Shown one piece after another: positions 48,808 through 60,487 of a DNA stretch of 64,000 nucleotides. The position numbers and the translations under genes were made by a program. The notes beneath the pieces were generated by a model that made no database searches, was not told where the DNA came from, and worked only from the letters and a program-made list of their open reading frames with translations. The stretch comes from Terriglobia bacterium (lineage in GTDB: Bacteria; Acidobacteriota; Terriglobia; 2-12-FULL-54-10): contig CAXVYR010000004.1 of assembly GCA_963666975.2 (NCBI GenBank), positions 2,304,001 through 2,368,000 on the forward strand, given 5' to 3'. Every line of letters begins with the position of its first letter. Position 1 is the first letter of the stretch.

Positions 48808-49119
48808 CGGAACCTGTTGTAGCGGGACCTGTCGTATCGGAACCTAATATTAAGCCATGAACAGCGTCATGTAAATGCAAGTTGCCGCTGCTCGGCAGAT
48901 AGAGACAAAAACTCATGATATTAGATTCCGCTCTGCCGGGATCGGTTCATCTTTCTGCCCATCTTCTCTGTGGCAGGCCGCCGCGCCGTGCGATAATTGC
49001 TGCCGTTCCAAATAAGCGGCGCGCTGGAAACCGGCGCGCGCAAATGGACCTTTCCGCTGGCCGGGAGTTCCCCATTCCCGGCTGCTGCGGGCGATGGAAG
49101 GAACGGAAGGAAAACCAGG

Positions 49120-51426
49120 ATGCTATTGGCGGTTGCAGTCCTTTCCGGTTTTGTGATGGCGCTCGCTGCGCCGTGGCTGCACCGGATCGCGCGGAAGACT
49201 TCCGGGTGGGTGCTCGCGCTGTTTCCTTTGGCTCTGACGGTCTATTTCGCCGGCCAGATCAGCGGGGTGGCGGCGGGCGAGGTTTTAGCGGTCAGCGCCG
49301 ATTGGGTTCCCAGCCTCGGCATTGCTCTCTCGTTCAGCCTGGACGGACTGAGCCTGCTGTTCGCGCTGCTGATCAGCGGCATTGGCGCGCTGGTGGTGGT
49401 CTACGCCGGCGGGTATCTGGCAGGGCACGCTCACCTGGGCCGCTTCTACGCCTTCCTGTTGATGTTCCTGGCCTCCATGCTGGGGCTGGTTCTCGCAAAT
49501 AACGTGATCACGCTGTTCGTATTTTGGGAGCTGACCAGCGTAAGTTCCTATCTGTTGATCGGCTTTGAACACGAGCGGGAGGCGGCGCGGCATGCGGCTC
49601 TGCAGGCGCTGCTGGTGACGGGGCTCGGCGGGCTGGCGCTGCTGGCCGGGCTGCTTTTGCTGGGGCAAGCCGGAGGGAGCCTGGAACTCTCCGAGTTACT
49701 GACCCGCGGCGAAGCAATCCGGGCGCATCCCTTTTACGCGCCGATTCTGCTGCTGATCCTGGCCGGCGCTTTCACCAAGTCGGCCCAGTTTCCGTTCCAC
49801 TTCTGGCTGCCGAGCGCGATGGAAGCGCCCACGCCGGTCAGCGCCTACCTGCATTCGGCGACCATGGTCAAGGCCGGAGTTTACTTGCTGGCGCGGCTCA
49901 GCCCGGCGCTGGGGGGGACAGAGCTTTGGTTTTATATCGTCACCGCCGCCGGAGCCGCCACGATGCTGACGGGTGCATACCTGGCCTTTCAGCAAAGTGA
50001 CATGAAGCGAATCCTGGCCTATTCCACAATGAGCGCGCTGGGAATGATGGTGCTGCTGCTGGGGATCGGCACGGAGCGGGCCGTGAAGGCGGCTATCGTT
50101 TCGATACTGGTTCACGCGTTGTACAAGGGCGCGCTGTTTCTGGTTGCTGGAGCGGTGGATCACGAGACCGGCACGAGAGATGTAGGCCGGCTCGGCGGAC
50201 TGCGGCACGCCATGCCTATCACGGCGGCGGCGGCGGCCCTGGCCGCGCTCTCCATGGCTGGGCTTCCGCCTCTGTTTGGCTTCATCGGCAAGGAGATGGT
50301 CTATGAGGCGGTATACGAATCGCCAATCACTGCTGCTCTTTTGACCGGCGTGGTTGTCTTGTCGAGCATGTTCCTTCTGGCCGTGGCCGGCGTCGCAGGA
50401 TTGCGGCCCTTTTTCGGAAAACAGACCTCCACGCCTAAACACCCTCACGAAGCGCCGCTAAGTTTATGGCTCGGGCCATCCTTGCTGGCGGGACTGGGTT
50501 TGCTCAGCGGGCTGTTTCCAGGCGCCGCCGGATGGCTTGTTTCGCCCGCTGTCGCAGCCTCCTGGGGGAAATCCGCCGGCGTCGAGTTGGCGCTGTTTCA
50601 TGGATGGAGTCCCGTTTTGCTTCTCAGCGCGGTTACCGTTGCCGGAGGGCTCGGCCTCTTTGCCGTCCGGGGTGCATGCCGGCGGGTTGCGTCCCATCTC
50701 GCTGGTGTTTCTCGGTGGGGGGCCACGCGTGGGTATGAACTGGCGCTCGATGGCGTCAACGGGCTGGCTCGGGCGCAGACCCGCTTCCTGCAGAGTGGCT
50801 ACCTGCGGTACTACTTGCTGACGATCATCGCGACGACGCTGGGGCTGGCCGCCTACACGTTGCTGAGCCGGGCCGGGCTGCCCGTTCCGCAGGGCAGCTT
50901 GCAGGTTCCCTTATACCAAGCGGTCCTGGCGGGGTTGATCCTGCTGGCAGCCCTGGCGGCGGTGCTCTCGCAGTCGCGTTTGGGCGCGGTGGCTGCGCTG
51001 GGCGTCGTCGGGTACAGCGTCGCTTTAATCTTTGTCTTGTTCGGCGCGCCGGACCTGGCGATGACGCAATTCCTGGTGGAGACGCTGACCGTCATTCTGC
51101 TGGTGCTGGTGCTGTATCACCTGCCGCGTTTCGCTACTCTTTCGACCAGGCGCGAGCGGATTCGGGACGCGGCGGTGGCGCTGCTGGCCGGAGGGTTGAT
51201 GACGGCGCTCGTATTGGCTGCTACCGCGATCCAACCCCAGCACGAAGTCTCCGCCTATATGGCCGGCAACAGCGCGGTACTGGCGCACGGGCGCAACGTG
51301 GTCAATGTCATCCTGGTGGATTTTCGCGGGCTCGACACGTTGGGCGAGATCACGGTGCTGGCCGTGGCCGGCATCGGAGTGTACTCGCTGCTCAAGCTGC
51401 GAATCCGGAAAGGAGAACGGCCGTGA
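49120..51426 (+). CDS. mrpA: Mrp Na+/H+ antiporter subunit A
   Basis: [47 protein letters not shown]. Confidence 0.95.
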   Translation: MLLAVAVLSGFVMALAAPWLHRIARKTSGWVLALFPLALTVYFAGQISGVAAGEVLAVSADWVPSLGIALSFSLDGLSLLFALLISGIGALVVVYAGGYLAGHAHLGRFYAFLLMFLASMLGLVLANNVITLFVFWELTSVSSYLLIGFEHEREAARHAALQALLVTGLGGLALLAGLLLLGQAGGSLELSELLTRGEAIRAHPFYAPILLLILAGAFTKSAQFPFHFWLPSAMEAPTPVSAYLHSATMVKAGVYLLARLSPALGGTELWFYIVTAAGAATMLTGAYLAFQQSDMKRILAYSTMSALGMMVLLLGIGTERAVKAAIVSILVHALYKGALFLVAGAVDHETGTRDVGRLGGLRHAMPITAAAAALAALSMAGLPPLFGFIGKEMVYEAVYESPITAALLTGVVVLSSMFLLAVAGVAGLRPFFGKQTSTPKHPHEAPLSLWLGPSLLAGLGLLSGLFPGAAGWLVSPAVAASWGKSAGVELALFHGWSPVLLLSAVTVAGGLGLFAVRGACRRVASHLAGVSRWGATRGYELALDGVNGLARAQTRFLQSGYLRYYLLTIIATTLGLAAYTLLSRAGLPVPQGSLQVPLYQAVLAGLILLAALAAVLSQSRLGAVAALGVVGYSVALIFVLFGAPDLAMTQFLVETLTVILLVLVLYHLPRFATLSTRRERIRDAAVALLAGGLMTALVLAATAIQPQHEVSAYMAGNSAVLAHGRNVVNVILVDFRGLDTLGEITVLAVAGIGVYSLLKLRIRKGERP

Positions 51427-51836
51427 GTTCCTTGATCCTGCGCACGGCCACGCGTCTCCTGAAGCCGTTGATGCTGTTTTTTTCTGTTTTCGTGCTGCTG
51501 CGCGGCCATAACGAGCCCGGCGGCGGTTTCGCAGGCGGGCTGATGGCGGCGGCGGCCTTTGCTCTCTATACCATCACCTTTGACGTGTCCTCGGCGCGCT
51601 CTGCGCTGCGGATTGACCCGCACAACCTTGTCGGAGCGGGACTGCTGCTGGCTGCCATCAGCGGCGGCATTTCCCTCCTGCAAGGACAGCCCTTTCTGAC
51701 CGGGCAATGGATTGCCTTGCCTGTGCCCGGCGTCGGGGAGGTGGCTCTGGGCACGGCCTTGCTATTCGATACCGGCGTCTACATGGTGGTGCTGGGCGTA
51801 ACCTTGCTGATTATCTGGTCGCTCGCGGAGGAGTGA
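51423..51836 (+). CDS. mrpB: Mrp antiporter subunit B
   Basis: [21 protein letters not shown]. Confidence 0.93.
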   Translation: MSSLILRTATRLLKPLMLFFSVFVLLRGHNEPGGGFAGGLMAAAAFALYTITFDVSSARSALRIDPHNLVGAGLLLAAISGGISLLQGQPFLTGQWIALPVPGVGEVALGTALLFDTGVYMVVLGVTLLIIWSLAEE

Positions 51837-51837
51837 C

Positions 51838-52185
51838 ATGAACACCTGGATGGCATTCGTCATCGGCGGCCTCTATGCCGCCGGTTTGTACATGATGATG
51901 CGGCGCAGCATCGTGAAACTTATTATCGGCCTGTCGCTGCTGAGCCATGCGGCGAACCTGCTGATCTTCACGGTTGGCGGGCTCACGCGCGGGCGGCCTC
52001 CTCTGATCGCGGCCGGGGAAACCAGCTTGCAGGTTCCTTTCGCAGATCCGATTCCCCAGGCGCTGGTTTTGACGGCAATCGTCATCAGCTTTGGAGTCCT
52101 GGCGTTCGCGCTGGTCCTGGTGCATCGCACCCACCAGACGGCCGGCACGGACGACCTCGACAAATTGAAGGCAACCGACACATGA
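51838..52185 (+). CDS. mrpC: Mrp antiporter subunit C
   Basis: [17 protein letters not shown]. Confidence 0.93.
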   Translation: MNTWMAFVIGGLYAAGLYMMMRRSIVKLIIGLSLLSHAANLLIFTVGGLTRGRPPLIAAGETSLQVPFADPIPQALVLTAIVISFGVLAFALVLVHRTHQTAGTDDLDKLKATDT

Positions 52186-53705
52186 ACGTGTTGTTGGTGC
52201 TCCCCATTTTAATTCCCTTGGTGACGGCAGCCGTCTCGTTGCTGGCCTGGAGGCACCCGCGCTGGCAACGCCGGCTGGGCGTTTGCGGAGCGGCTGCGTT
52301 GCTGGCGGCCGGCTTGGTGCTGCTGGAAAGTGTCCGGAACGGCGGTATCCAGACAGCCCAGATGGGAGACTGGCCTGCTCCTTTCGGCATCACTCTGGTT
52401 GCCGACCTGTTTTCCGCGATCATGGTCGTGATGGCCGGGTTGGTGGGTTTCGCGGTGGTCGTGTACTCTACCGCCACCGTGGATCACCGGCGGGAATCGT
52501 TCGGGTACTACCCGCTGCTGCACATCCTGCTGATGGGCGTCTGCGGCGCCTTCCTGACCGGCGACATTTTCAACCTCTATGTATGGTTTGAAGTCATGCT
52601 GATCGCCTCCTTTGTGCTGCTGGCGCTGGGCGGGGAGCAGGAACAGTTGGAAGGCGCCTTCAAGTACGTCACGCTCAACCTGATGTCGTCGGCGTTGTTT
52701 CTGGCGGCGGTGGGAATCCTCTACGGCGTGGCGGGCACGCTGAACATGGCCGACCTCGCCCGGAAGCTGCCCCAGGTGGAGCAATCCGGCTTGGTGACGA
52801 CGCTGGCGATGCTGTTCCTGGTGGCGTTCGGCATCAAGGCGGCTGCCTTCCCCCTGTTTTTTTGGCTTCCGGCTTCCTATCATACTCCGCCGGTTGCGGT
52901 ATCGGCCCTCTTCGCGGGCCTTCTGACCAAAGTCGGCGTGTACGCGCTGATTCGCGTCTTCACGCTGCTGTTTACACAGGAGGTATCCTATACGCACACG
53001 CTGATCCTGGCCGTGGCCGGCCTGACGATGGTGACGGGTGTTTTGGGGGCGATGGCGCAAAATGAATTCCGGCGTATTTTGTCGTTCCACATCGTCAGCC
53101 AGATCGGATATATGTTGATGGGTTTGGGACTGTTCACGGTAGCGGGCCTGGCTGGCTCGATCTTCTACATCATGCATCACATCATTGTAAAAACGAATTT
53201 GTTCCTGATTAGCGGTGTGGCGAATCATTTCAGGGGCACGTACCAGTTGAAGGATCTGGGAGGACTTTACCGTGCCTACCCCGGCCTGGCTATATTGTTC
53301 CTGATCCCGGCGCTGTCGCTGGCCGGTGTCCCGCCGCTGTCTGGATTTTTTGCGAAGCTGTCGCTGCTCCAGGCCGGATTGGCGACCGGACAGTACGCCA
53401 TTGTTGCCACGGCGTTAGGCGTCAGCTTGCTCACTTTGTTTTCCATGACCAAGATCTGGGCGGAAGTCTTTTGGAAACCTGCGGCCGGAACGGGAACGCC
53501 GCAGGATCCGTCCGAGCCTCATCCGCCCAAACATGAATCGCCCAAATGGAGCTTCTCTTTGTTCGTGCCCGTGGTCGTATTAGCGGTTTTGACGCTGACC
53601 ATCGGGCTGGCCGCCGAGCCGTTCGTCGGCCTTGCGATCCAAGCTGCCCATCAATTGATGAATCCGGCCGGCTACATCGAGGCTGTTCTGGGAGGCCGAC
53701 CGTGA
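52182..53705 (+). CDS. mrpD: Mrp antiporter subunit D
   Basis: [26 protein letters not shown]. Confidence 0.95.
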   Translation: MNVLLVLPILIPLVTAAVSLLAWRHPRWQRRLGVCGAAALLAAGLVLLESVRNGGIQTAQMGDWPAPFGITLVADLFSAIMVVMAGLVGFAVVVYSTATVDHRRESFGYYPLLHILLMGVCGAFLTGDIFNLYVWFEVMLIASFVLLALGGEQEQLEGAFKYVTLNLMSSALFLAAVGILYGVAGTLNMADLARKLPQVEQSGLVTTLAMLFLVAFGIKAAAFPLFFWLPASYHTPPVAVSALFAGLLTKVGVYALIRVFTLLFTQEVSYTHTLILAVAGLTMVTGVLGAMAQNEFRRILSFHIVSQIGYMLMGLGLFTVAGLAGSIFYIMHHIIVKTNLFLISGVANHFRGTYQLKDLGGLYRAYPGLAILFLIPALSLAGVPPLSGFFAKLSLLQAGLATGQYAIVATALGVSLLTLFSMTKIWAEVFWKPAAGTGTPQDPSEPHPPKHESPKWSFSLFVPVVVLAVLTLTIGLAAEPFVGLAIQAAHQLMNPAGYIEAVLGGRP

Positions 53706-54175
53706 GCGCGTTTCTGTGGAACCTCCTGCTGGCGATTATCTGGGTTGCCTTGACGGAGCAATTCACTCCGGGGAACCTGATAGTTGGTTTTGGATTAGGT
53801 TACCTGATTTTAACTTTTACCCAGCCTATCTTAGGGAAGTCGAACTATTTCCCCAAGGTGCGCCAGGTTCTCGGATTTGCGCTCTATTTCCTGTGGGAAC
53901 TTGTTTTGGCGAACCTCCGGGTGGCTTACGATGTGGTGACGCCGACTCACCATATGCAGCCGGGGGTGATTGCGGTCCCGCTCGACGCAAAAACCGACGC
54001 AGAGATCACCACGCTGGCCAATTTCATCACGCTCACGCCCGGCACTCTCAGCCTGGACGTATCGGAGGATCGCAAGGTGCTGTATATCCACGCCATGTAC
54101 ATTCATGACCGCGAAGCGCTCCGGCGCGAAATTAAAAGCGGGTTGGAGCGGCGGGTTTTAGAGGTGATGCGATGA
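53702..54175 (+). CDS. mrpE: Mrp antiporter subunit E
   Basis: [17 protein letters not shown]; GTG start overlaps the mrpD stop. Confidence 0.92.
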   Translation: MSAFLWNLLLAIIWVALTEQFTPGNLIVGFGLGYLILTFTQPILGKSNYFPKVRQVLGFALYFLWELVLANLRVAYDVVTPTHHMQPGVIAVPLDAKTDAEITTLANFITLTPGTLSLDVSEDRKVLYIHAMYIHDREALRREIKSGLERRVLEVMR

Positions 54176-54459
54176 CCCCCAGCGAGATGGGACCGCTTTC
54201 GTCCGCGATTCGTGTGGCGTGGGTCATGCTGAGCGCGGGACTCGTGCTGGCTTTTTTTCGCCTGGTACGGGGCCCCAGTCTGCCGGACCGCGTCGTCGCA
54301 CTGGACCTGACAGCGACCCTGGTGGTGGGAATGATTGCCGTGGATGCCATTGCCAGCCGCCAGCCGGTGATCCTGGACGCTGCCATCGTCGTTTCCTTGG
54401 TCGCCTTTGTAGGCACGGTGGCCTTTGCCCATTACGTGGAAAAGAGAGGATCGGAATGA
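54172..54459 (+). CDS. mrpF: Mrp antiporter subunit F
   Basis: [16 protein letters not shown]. Confidence 0.92.
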   Translation: MTPSEMGPLSSAIRVAWVMLSAGLVLAFFRLVRGPSLPDRVVALDLTATLVVGMIAVDAIASRQPVILDAAIVVSLVAFVGTVAFAHYVEKRGSE

Positions 54460-54896
54460 AGGAATGGATTTCAGCCGGCCTGCTGATCATCGGCGTAACC
54501 TTTATGCTGCTGGCCGCCATTGGCATCGTTCGCATGCCGGACCTGTTTACACGAATGCAGACGGCCACCAAGGGAGGCAGCCTGGGCATTGTCTGCACAT
54601 TCCTTTCTGTGGCGGTTTACTTTGGAGAGTTTGCCATCACCGCGCGGTCTCTCCTGATTATTGCTTTTTTTTTCTTGACTGCGCCGGTGGCGGCCCACAT
54701 GATTGCGCGGGCGGCGTATTTCGTGGGCTACCAGCTTTGGGAGGAGACAGTGACCGACGAGTTGCGCGGCCACTACGATCTGCACACTCACGCTTTGGAC
54801 AGCGGCACCTATGAGGTCGTTGTGCGGAAGCCGAAGACCGGGTTGCCGGACTCCGGCGCAGCGAGCGGTGAAAAAGCGAGTGCTGAAAAAGAGTAA
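54456..54896 (+). CDS. mrpG: Mrp antiporter subunit G
   Basis: [22 protein letters not shown]. Confidence 0.92.
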   Translation: MKEWISAGLLIIGVTFMLLAAIGIVRMPDLFTRMQTATKGGSLGIVCTFLSVAVYFGEFAITARSLLIIAFFFLTAPVAAHMIARAAYFVGYQLWEETVTDELRGHYDLHTHALDSGTYEVVVRKPKTGLPDSGAASGEKASAEKE

Positions 54897-55533
54897 AGAG
54901 TATGGAGCGCGCGTATTGAGCATAAGTGCGGAGCGAAACGCGCGAAATGACTGACGTTCGAGCCATGAGCAAGCTCTTCGGGAATGGGCCGCGGCTTTCC
55001 GGGAAGCTGCTGGGAATTCTGGCAATCGCTCTTATCCTTCTTATCCTTAATCCTTGCCGCCCAGGGCGGCGGGCTTGCAGGAAACTCGCGTTGGCCGAGT
55101 CCAGACAGCCCTCATTCCTGCGCTGGAGTTTTCCCGCATCGCTATCGCTCGCGGTTTCTCCAAGCAGGAGGAATTCTTTTTCTTGGACAACTTCACCAGT
55201 GGGCCATGTCACTTCCTGGCCAGCGAGGACGACTACGACTTTCTGCGGGATCAGCTTCCGGTAGCGAGCCTTCGGTCATCGCAAGTCCACCTTGTTGCAG
55301 AAAATGACCGGTTTTCTCAATGACAATGACTTATGATCAGGGGCGTTATCCCAATTACTGGGCGCTGGTCACCACGCACTACATTGGCGGCAACGGGCCC
55401 TGAACATCAGACTGCGGCTGCGGGCAAAACCCGGGCAGTGATGGGCATCTCCGAGTGAATGGAACACAAGTAACATTAAACATTGAACATTGGTTTTTGA
55501 AAGCCTATCTGTACTATGCTGAAAGCAAGAGAC

Positions 55534-55572
55534 GGGCGGTTAGCTCAGTTGGTTAGAGCACCTGCCTTACAA
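55534..55572 (+). tRNA. 5' half of tRNA-Val(TAC), broken at the end of the anticodon loop (probable att site)
   Basis: GGGCGGT TA GCTC AGTTGGTTA GAGC A CCTGC CTTACAA, followed by non-tRNA sequence instead of GCAGG and the T-arm. Confidence 0.8.
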
Positions 55573-55798
55573 ATTGGTGTTCCCATCCCACACTGTTGAT
55601 TTTATTGAGCATTCATTAGCTTCTACGCACGTTTTCACCCCCACTATCCTGCGTATTGAACGGTATTCTGAACGGAAAAATTTATCCGAGGTGAGCGTGC
55701 AGGCGTAAGCTTCCACCCTGCCTGAGAGCTTCTTCCAGGTTCCCGCTGGGGGATAGGGCTGCTGCAATTTGGGAGTGTCCTAATTGTGTGTTGCTGGG

Positions 55799-56521
55799 TT
55801 ATGTGTCCCGAATTATCCCGAGTTTTCTTGGGTCGGCGCTAAAACACTGGGGGGTACAGATATTTTCTAGTAGCAAAAAGGCCGAGTCGAGGCCGTAGCG
55901 GGTGCGGGCGGGTAGCGGTTTCTCGCTGCGGAACAAAGCATACGCGCAGAAATCTGCGAGTTGGATGAATTGTGAGGTTGCCGAATCCCTGAAAACGGGG
56001 TCCTCGATGATCCTATCAAGGGGGATATTTCGCGTCGTGCCCCCTTCTGGCCATGCACCGAAGCGACTGGGTATCGGATTGTACACCCCCATTCTGCGAA
56101 TCAGTGAGGTATAGTCCTTTCCTTCATCGGAAATCAGGATCGTTTGGCTACTCCAAGATTTCATCGTGATATTGATCCGGTTCATCATTCGCTCGAACAC
56201 ACGAGCCTCGTTGGCTTTTGAGGCTGCAACAGCATTGAAAAGGCTCGCTCCGGGAAGCTCGGCGACAAATGATAGGGTTTCTTTGAAGATTCTACATCGG
56301 GTGCCCTTAAAAACTGGTTTGGGTGCGATTCTCCCTCGACCGGCAACAAAATCCGTAGCGTGAAATTCCACGGTAACAAATATGACCTCTTTCGCCTTTA
56401 AGGCCCGCCGAAAAGTCTTAATCGCCTCAAGTGCGCTTTTCCACTCCGTAGCCGGGATCGCCAGGACGGAGTAAATCCGAATGTCCTCGTCCCCAGAATC
56501 GTCAATGTAACATATATGCAT
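55799..56521 (-). CDS. DUF3800-family protein (RNase H-like fold)
   Basis: YIDDSG at the N-terminus, EFHA, IQLADFCAY. Confidence 0.82.
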   Translation of the reverse strand: MHICYIDDSGDEDIRIYSVLAIPATEWKSALEAIKTFRRALKAKEVIFVTVEFHATDFVAGRGRIAPKPVFKGTRCRIFKETLSFVAELPGASLFNAVAASKANEARVFERMMNRINITMKSWSSQTILISDEGKDYTSLIRRMGVYNPIPSRFGAWPEGGTTRNIPLDRIIEDPVFRDSATSQFIQLADFCAYALFRSEKPLPARTRYGLDSAFLLLENICTPQCFSADPRKLGIIRDT

Positions 56522-56833
56522 TGACTTCCCCTGCCGACAGGTTTAATCTGAAGGTGCTTGGCTGGCCCTTTCCTATTAAGGGGATCGGAATCCGGCCTTG
56601 CTCCACCGGTTTGCCCAGGGGCGCTCCTGGGTTCTTAGAACACAAGGCACTCTTCAATAGACCATACATGATCGGTGATTCCTGCTTCCATTGCTGGAGT
56701 CAATCGAATTGATTTGTGCACCCGGCAGAAATTGTACCACGCAAAATATAGGGCTAAGGCCGCCTTCAGGCTCCCCGGATAGTCCCCTCAGATCACCCCC
56801 ACCGCAATCAGGAACACCACCACCTGGAAGCTA

Positions 56834-56977
56834 GACCCCCCCTGGACAATTAATTGCCAAGCCCTCCGCTCCAGAACAGAGCCAGCCCACCGCGTCCTGT
56901 ACCCGGGAATCAGTTTCACACCCCTAGGCTCTGATGTAGACTCTCACTGTTACTGGTACAAAAAATCGGTCTGGTCA
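56834..56977. repeat. Diverged ~145-bp repeat, copy A
   Basis: Aligns with 63562-63710 (GCCCTCCGCTCCAGA, CCCACCGC.TCCTGTACC, GGAATCAGTTTCA, ATCGGTCTGGTCA). Confidence 0.8.
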
Positions 56978-58364
56978 CTGTCGCCGCGGGAGCGATACTC
57001 AGCACCTTCAGCCGGTACAGAAGCGCCTTATAGCTGATATTGAGCAGCTTGGCTGCCTCCTTGCGATTCCAGTTGGTTTGATTCAACGCTCGGTGTATGG
57101 CCTCGGCCTCGGCCTTCCTCTTCAAGTCGTTGACTTTTTCCGTAAAGGAAATCTCCGAATCGGACGATTGCCCTGCAATGGCCCGGCTCATGTTCTTCTG
57201 AAACCGGCTCTGGGTGGCATTTTCCAGCTCTTCGGCCACTAAATCGCACCCATCGAGAACCAGATAGCGGCGGATCAGATTTTCCAGCTCACGGATGTTT
57301 CCCGGCCAATCATACTGGCACATGGCGGACAGCAGCCGCGGAGAAGGCATCATATCCGGACGGCCGTATTTGGCGCCGTACTTCTCGACGAAGTGGGAGA
57401 TCAATACCTGCAGTTCGTCCATGCGCTCCCGCAGCGGCAGCACGCGGATGTTCACCACATTAAGACGGTAGTACAGGTCTTCCCGGAAAGAGCCCGACGC
57501 CAGAACCTCTCCCAGATTGGCGTTGGTCGCCGCCAGCACGCGCACGTTCACATTCACCGTCGATTTGCCGCCCAAACGGCTGTACTGGTTGTCTTGCAGG
57601 ACCTGGAGCAACTTTGCTTGCAGGGCCGGCGACATCTCCGAGATTTCATCCAGGAAGATGGTCCCATTGTCGGCCATCTCAAATTTCCCGGGCTTGGAAG
57701 TGAAGGCCCCCGTGAAGGCCCCTCGCTCATAGCCGAACATCTCACTCTCCAGCAAATCTGTAGGCAGAGCCGCGCAGTTGATTTTCACGAACGGCTTGCC
57801 CCGGCGGTCCGAGGACTCATGGATGGCCCGTGCGACCACCTCTTTCCCCACTCCGCTCTCTCCGTGGATGAGGACCGGCACGTCCGTGTGCGCGATCTGA
57901 GAAATGGTCTGCTGAATCTTCAGCATCTGCGGATTCAGCGCGATAAACTGCGGCTGATTCTGCAAATTTTTTGGGGCGGCGTGTGGAGCATCGTTGGCCA
58001 CCAAACGGCTTACATAACTTTGGAGCTTGCCCTCCTCGAACGGTTTCACCAGGTAGTCGGAGGCTCCGCTCTGCATGGCTTCCACGACCACTTCCGGCGA
58101 GCTGAGACAACTGAGAACCAGCACCGGCACCTTCTCGTGCGACTGCCGCAGCCGGCGCAGAGTTTCCATGCCGCCGAGGCCCGGCATCAGCAGGTCCAAG
58201 ATCACCAGCGAGGGACAGGGCTTTTCGCTCAGCCTGCGGAGCACCTTCTCGCCGTTGTCCACCGTCTCCACGCCATGACCTTCCATCTTCAGAGAAATGT
58301 CGATCAGGTGTCGAATTTCCGCGTCATCATCTGCTACGAGTATTTGTGTGTTTATCGCGTTCAT
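56916..58364 (-). CDS. Sigma54-dependent response regulator (NtrC/AtoC family)
   Basis: REC domain (ADDD, LDLLMP, KP), GESGVGKE, GAFTGA, Fis-type HTH. Confidence 0.93.
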   Translation of the reverse strand: MNAINTQILVADDDAEIRHLIDISLKMEGHGVETVDNGEKVLRRLSEKPCPSLVILDLLMPGLGGMETLRRLRQSHEKVPVLVLSCLSSPEVVVEAMQSGASDYLVKPFEEGKLQSYVSRLVANDAPHAAPKNLQNQPQFIALNPQMLKIQQTISQIAHTDVPVLIHGESGVGKEVVARAIHESSDRRGKPFVKINCAALPTDLLESEMFGYERGAFTGAFTSKPGKFEMADNGTIFLDEISEMSPALQAKLLQVLQDNQYSRLGGKSTVNVNVRVLAATNANLGEVLASGSFREDLYYRLNVVNIRVLPLRERMDELQVLISHFVEKYGAKYGRPDMMPSPRLLSAMCQYDWPGNIRELENLIRRYLVLDGCDLVAEELENATQSRFQKNMSRAIAGQSSDSEISFTEKVNDLKRKAEAEAIHRALNQTNWNRKEAAKLLNISYKALLYRLKVLSIAPAATVTRPIFCTSNSESLHQSLGV

Positions 58365-58816
58365 GAAATTTTGTCCTGTCTTTAGAGGGAAGTAGGAATT
58401 AAAACCGTAAATGCGCTGCCTTGGCCCTGTCTGTTTTCCGCCCAAATATTTCTTTCGTGCGCCATCACAGCCTTGCGGGCTACGGCGAGACCTAAAGCAA
58501 AACCTTTGCGATTGAAATTCACCAAACAAGATGTACTATGCGGTCCAATCGATTTTGGGACAATGAAGGGAAGGACACAATTTCACTGGGACCTTCTTCT
58601 CAGTGCAGAAATCAAGCTGCGGGCCGAGCACCTTATCTTTGTCACAAAACGGAAATACTCTTCCGCTTCCCACTATTGGGTCCCGAAGGACTTGCAGTGT
58701 TTTCAACGTCCTAGCACCCCGGTTGTTTTGGTCCTGCAACTGCTGCGAATATTGGAGAGAGCGGAACCCTGTTCGACAGCTAAGGCCCCCATGAAGCTAC
58801 GGAGAGGAACTTTTTT

Positions 58817-60265
58817 GAGGGTGTCCCATACATAGTTGAAGGTTGAACGGCGGTTCGGCCCGAATCGAATAGAATCGGGCCAAGCCTAAATCCTATAGAA
58901 GGAGAACCGCCGAATGAAGGGAAAATATCACGTTTTGGAACTGGGTTCCAAGGGAGCCGAAGAAACCATCCAGAAGTTTTGCCAAACCAACGGACAGATG
59001 CTGTTGCCGGTGGTGGATCTGATCACGGAGGCGCGTCTGGCGGTGGATGAGGTGATTGATCGGGCCGGGCGAGGTTTGATTGAAACGATTCTGAGCATGA
59101 GCGCAGAGCAAATCGCGGGGCCAAAGAGTCCCGGGAAGGCGAGCGGAGAGGTGCGCTGGCATGGCCGGCAATTGGGGAGGGTGAAACTGGCCGATCGCCA
59201 GCTGCGGGTGGAGCGGCCCCGGCTGCGCCGGAAGGGCGGAGGGGAAGAAGCGGTGCCGGCCTACGAAGCGCTGCGGAAAAGCGAGAAGACGGGCGAGGAG
59301 ATGTTCGAGGCACTGTTGAAAGGGGTTTCGACGCGGAACTACCGCGAGGTGATCCCGGAGATGGCCAACAGCGCTGGGGTGTCGAAGTCTCAGGTGAGCC
59401 GGGAAGCGGCCGAGCAAGGAGCGCGGCGGCTGGAAGAACTGTTGGCGCGGCGCTGGGAGGAGGTCGAGATTCTGGTGATTTACCTGGACGGAATGCGGTT
59501 CGGCTCCCACCACGTCATCAGCGCCGTGGGCGTGGACATCGAGGGCCGCAAGCATGTGCTGGGGATTCAACTGGGCGCGACCGAAAACGCCGCTGCGGTG
59601 AAAGACCTTCTCACCCGCCTGCGCCAGCAAGGTTTGCGCACGGATCAGCGCTATCTGTTTGTGATCGACGGCGCCAAAGCGCTCCGCGCGGGGATCGAGG
59701 AAGTATTCGGCAGCAATCAGCTGGTGCAGCGTTGCCGTACTCATAAGCTGCGCAACGTGGCTGAGCGGTTACCAAAGGGCGACAAAATGCTGGCGAATCA
59801 GGTGCGGTCGCTGATGCGCGCCGCCTGGCGATTGCCCCAAGCCGAGGAAGGCATCGTGCGCATAAAAAAGCTCGCTGGGATGATCGAGTGCGATCATCCG
59901 GCAGCAGCCGCCAGCTTGCGCGAAGGGTTGGAGGAGACCTTTACGATCAATCGAGCCGACGTTCCTCCCAGCCTCCACCGCTGCCTGGCAACCACGAACC
60001 TCATCGAGAGCCCGCAGTCGGGCGTGCGGAAAAAGACTGGCAATGTTTGCCGCTGGCGCGACGGCGAGATGACGTTGCGCTGGGTGGCAGGAGCGTTTCT
60101 GCTGACCGAGAAGAATTTCCGGAAGATCATGGGTTATCACGATCTCTGGGCTTTGGCATCGATTCTCGGCCGAAGTCCAAACGCTGCTTCCTCTCACAAG
60201 GAGGAAGTGGCGTAATATGAACTCAACCCGCCGTCCCAACCTGCAACTGAGTTTGGGACACCTTC
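58817..60265 (+). mobile_element. IS256-family insertion sequence
   Basis: IRs GAGGGTGTCCCA… / …TGGGACACCTTC; 8-bp target duplication ACTTTTTT at 58809-58816 and 60266-60273. Confidence 0.92.
58914..60215 (+). CDS. IS256 (Mutator-type) transposase
   Basis: GVSTR, YLDG, VIDGAKAL, QRCRTHK, TTNLIES. Confidence 0.93.
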   Translation: MKGKYHVLELGSKGAEETIQKFCQTNGQMLLPVVDLITEARLAVDEVIDRAGRGLIETILSMSAEQIAGPKSPGKASGEVRWHGRQLGRVKLADRQLRVERPRLRRKGGGEEAVPAYEALRKSEKTGEEMFEALLKGVSTRNYREVIPEMANSAGVSKSQVSREAAEQGARRLEELLARRWEEVEILVIYLDGMRFGSHHVISAVGVDIEGRKHVLGIQLGATENAAAVKDLLTRLRQQGLRTDQRYLFVIDGAKALRAGIEEVFGSNQLVQRCRTHKLRNVAERLPKGDKMLANQVRSLMRAAWRLPQAEEGIVRIKKLAGMIECDHPAAAASLREGLEETFTINRADVPPSLHRCLATTNLIESPQSGVRKKTGNVCRWRDGEMTLRWVAGAFLLTEKNFRKIMGYHDLWALASILGRSPNAASSHKEEVA

Positions 60266-60378
60266 ACTTTTTTCACTACCACTGCACTGCTGTTCCATCC
60301 TTGGGATTGGCTTTCTCGGGCTCCACAAAACGGTGAAGGAAGTTTATGGCCATCGTATCCATTGCGATTAGGTTGTAT

Positions 60379-60394
60379 TGGACATGCGCTTGCT
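60379..60394 (+). promoter_or_regulatory. Putative sigma54 -24/-12 promoter
   Basis: TGGACATGCGCTTGCT gives GG-N10-GC, upstream of the PEP-CTERM gene. Confidence 0.5.
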
Positions 60395-60487
60395 TGTAGG
60401 AAATACAAATTGACGGGCTCAGGTTGAAAAACTGGAGTTACGAGCTTTGTGACTCTTACAAAATTGAACAATATAGGAGATGTGAGT

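Noticed and set aside
49120-54896. Mrp operon as a novelty
   Set aside because: Canonical seven-gene group 1 arrangement
54926-55323. Short overlapping ORFs after mrpG
   Set aside because: Possibly one frameshifted small gene, but no motif supports a call
55573-55800. Group I intron in tRNA-Val
   Set aside because: No recognisable P/Q/R/S core elements and no 3' exon nearby; the break at the end of the loop fits an integrase crossover better
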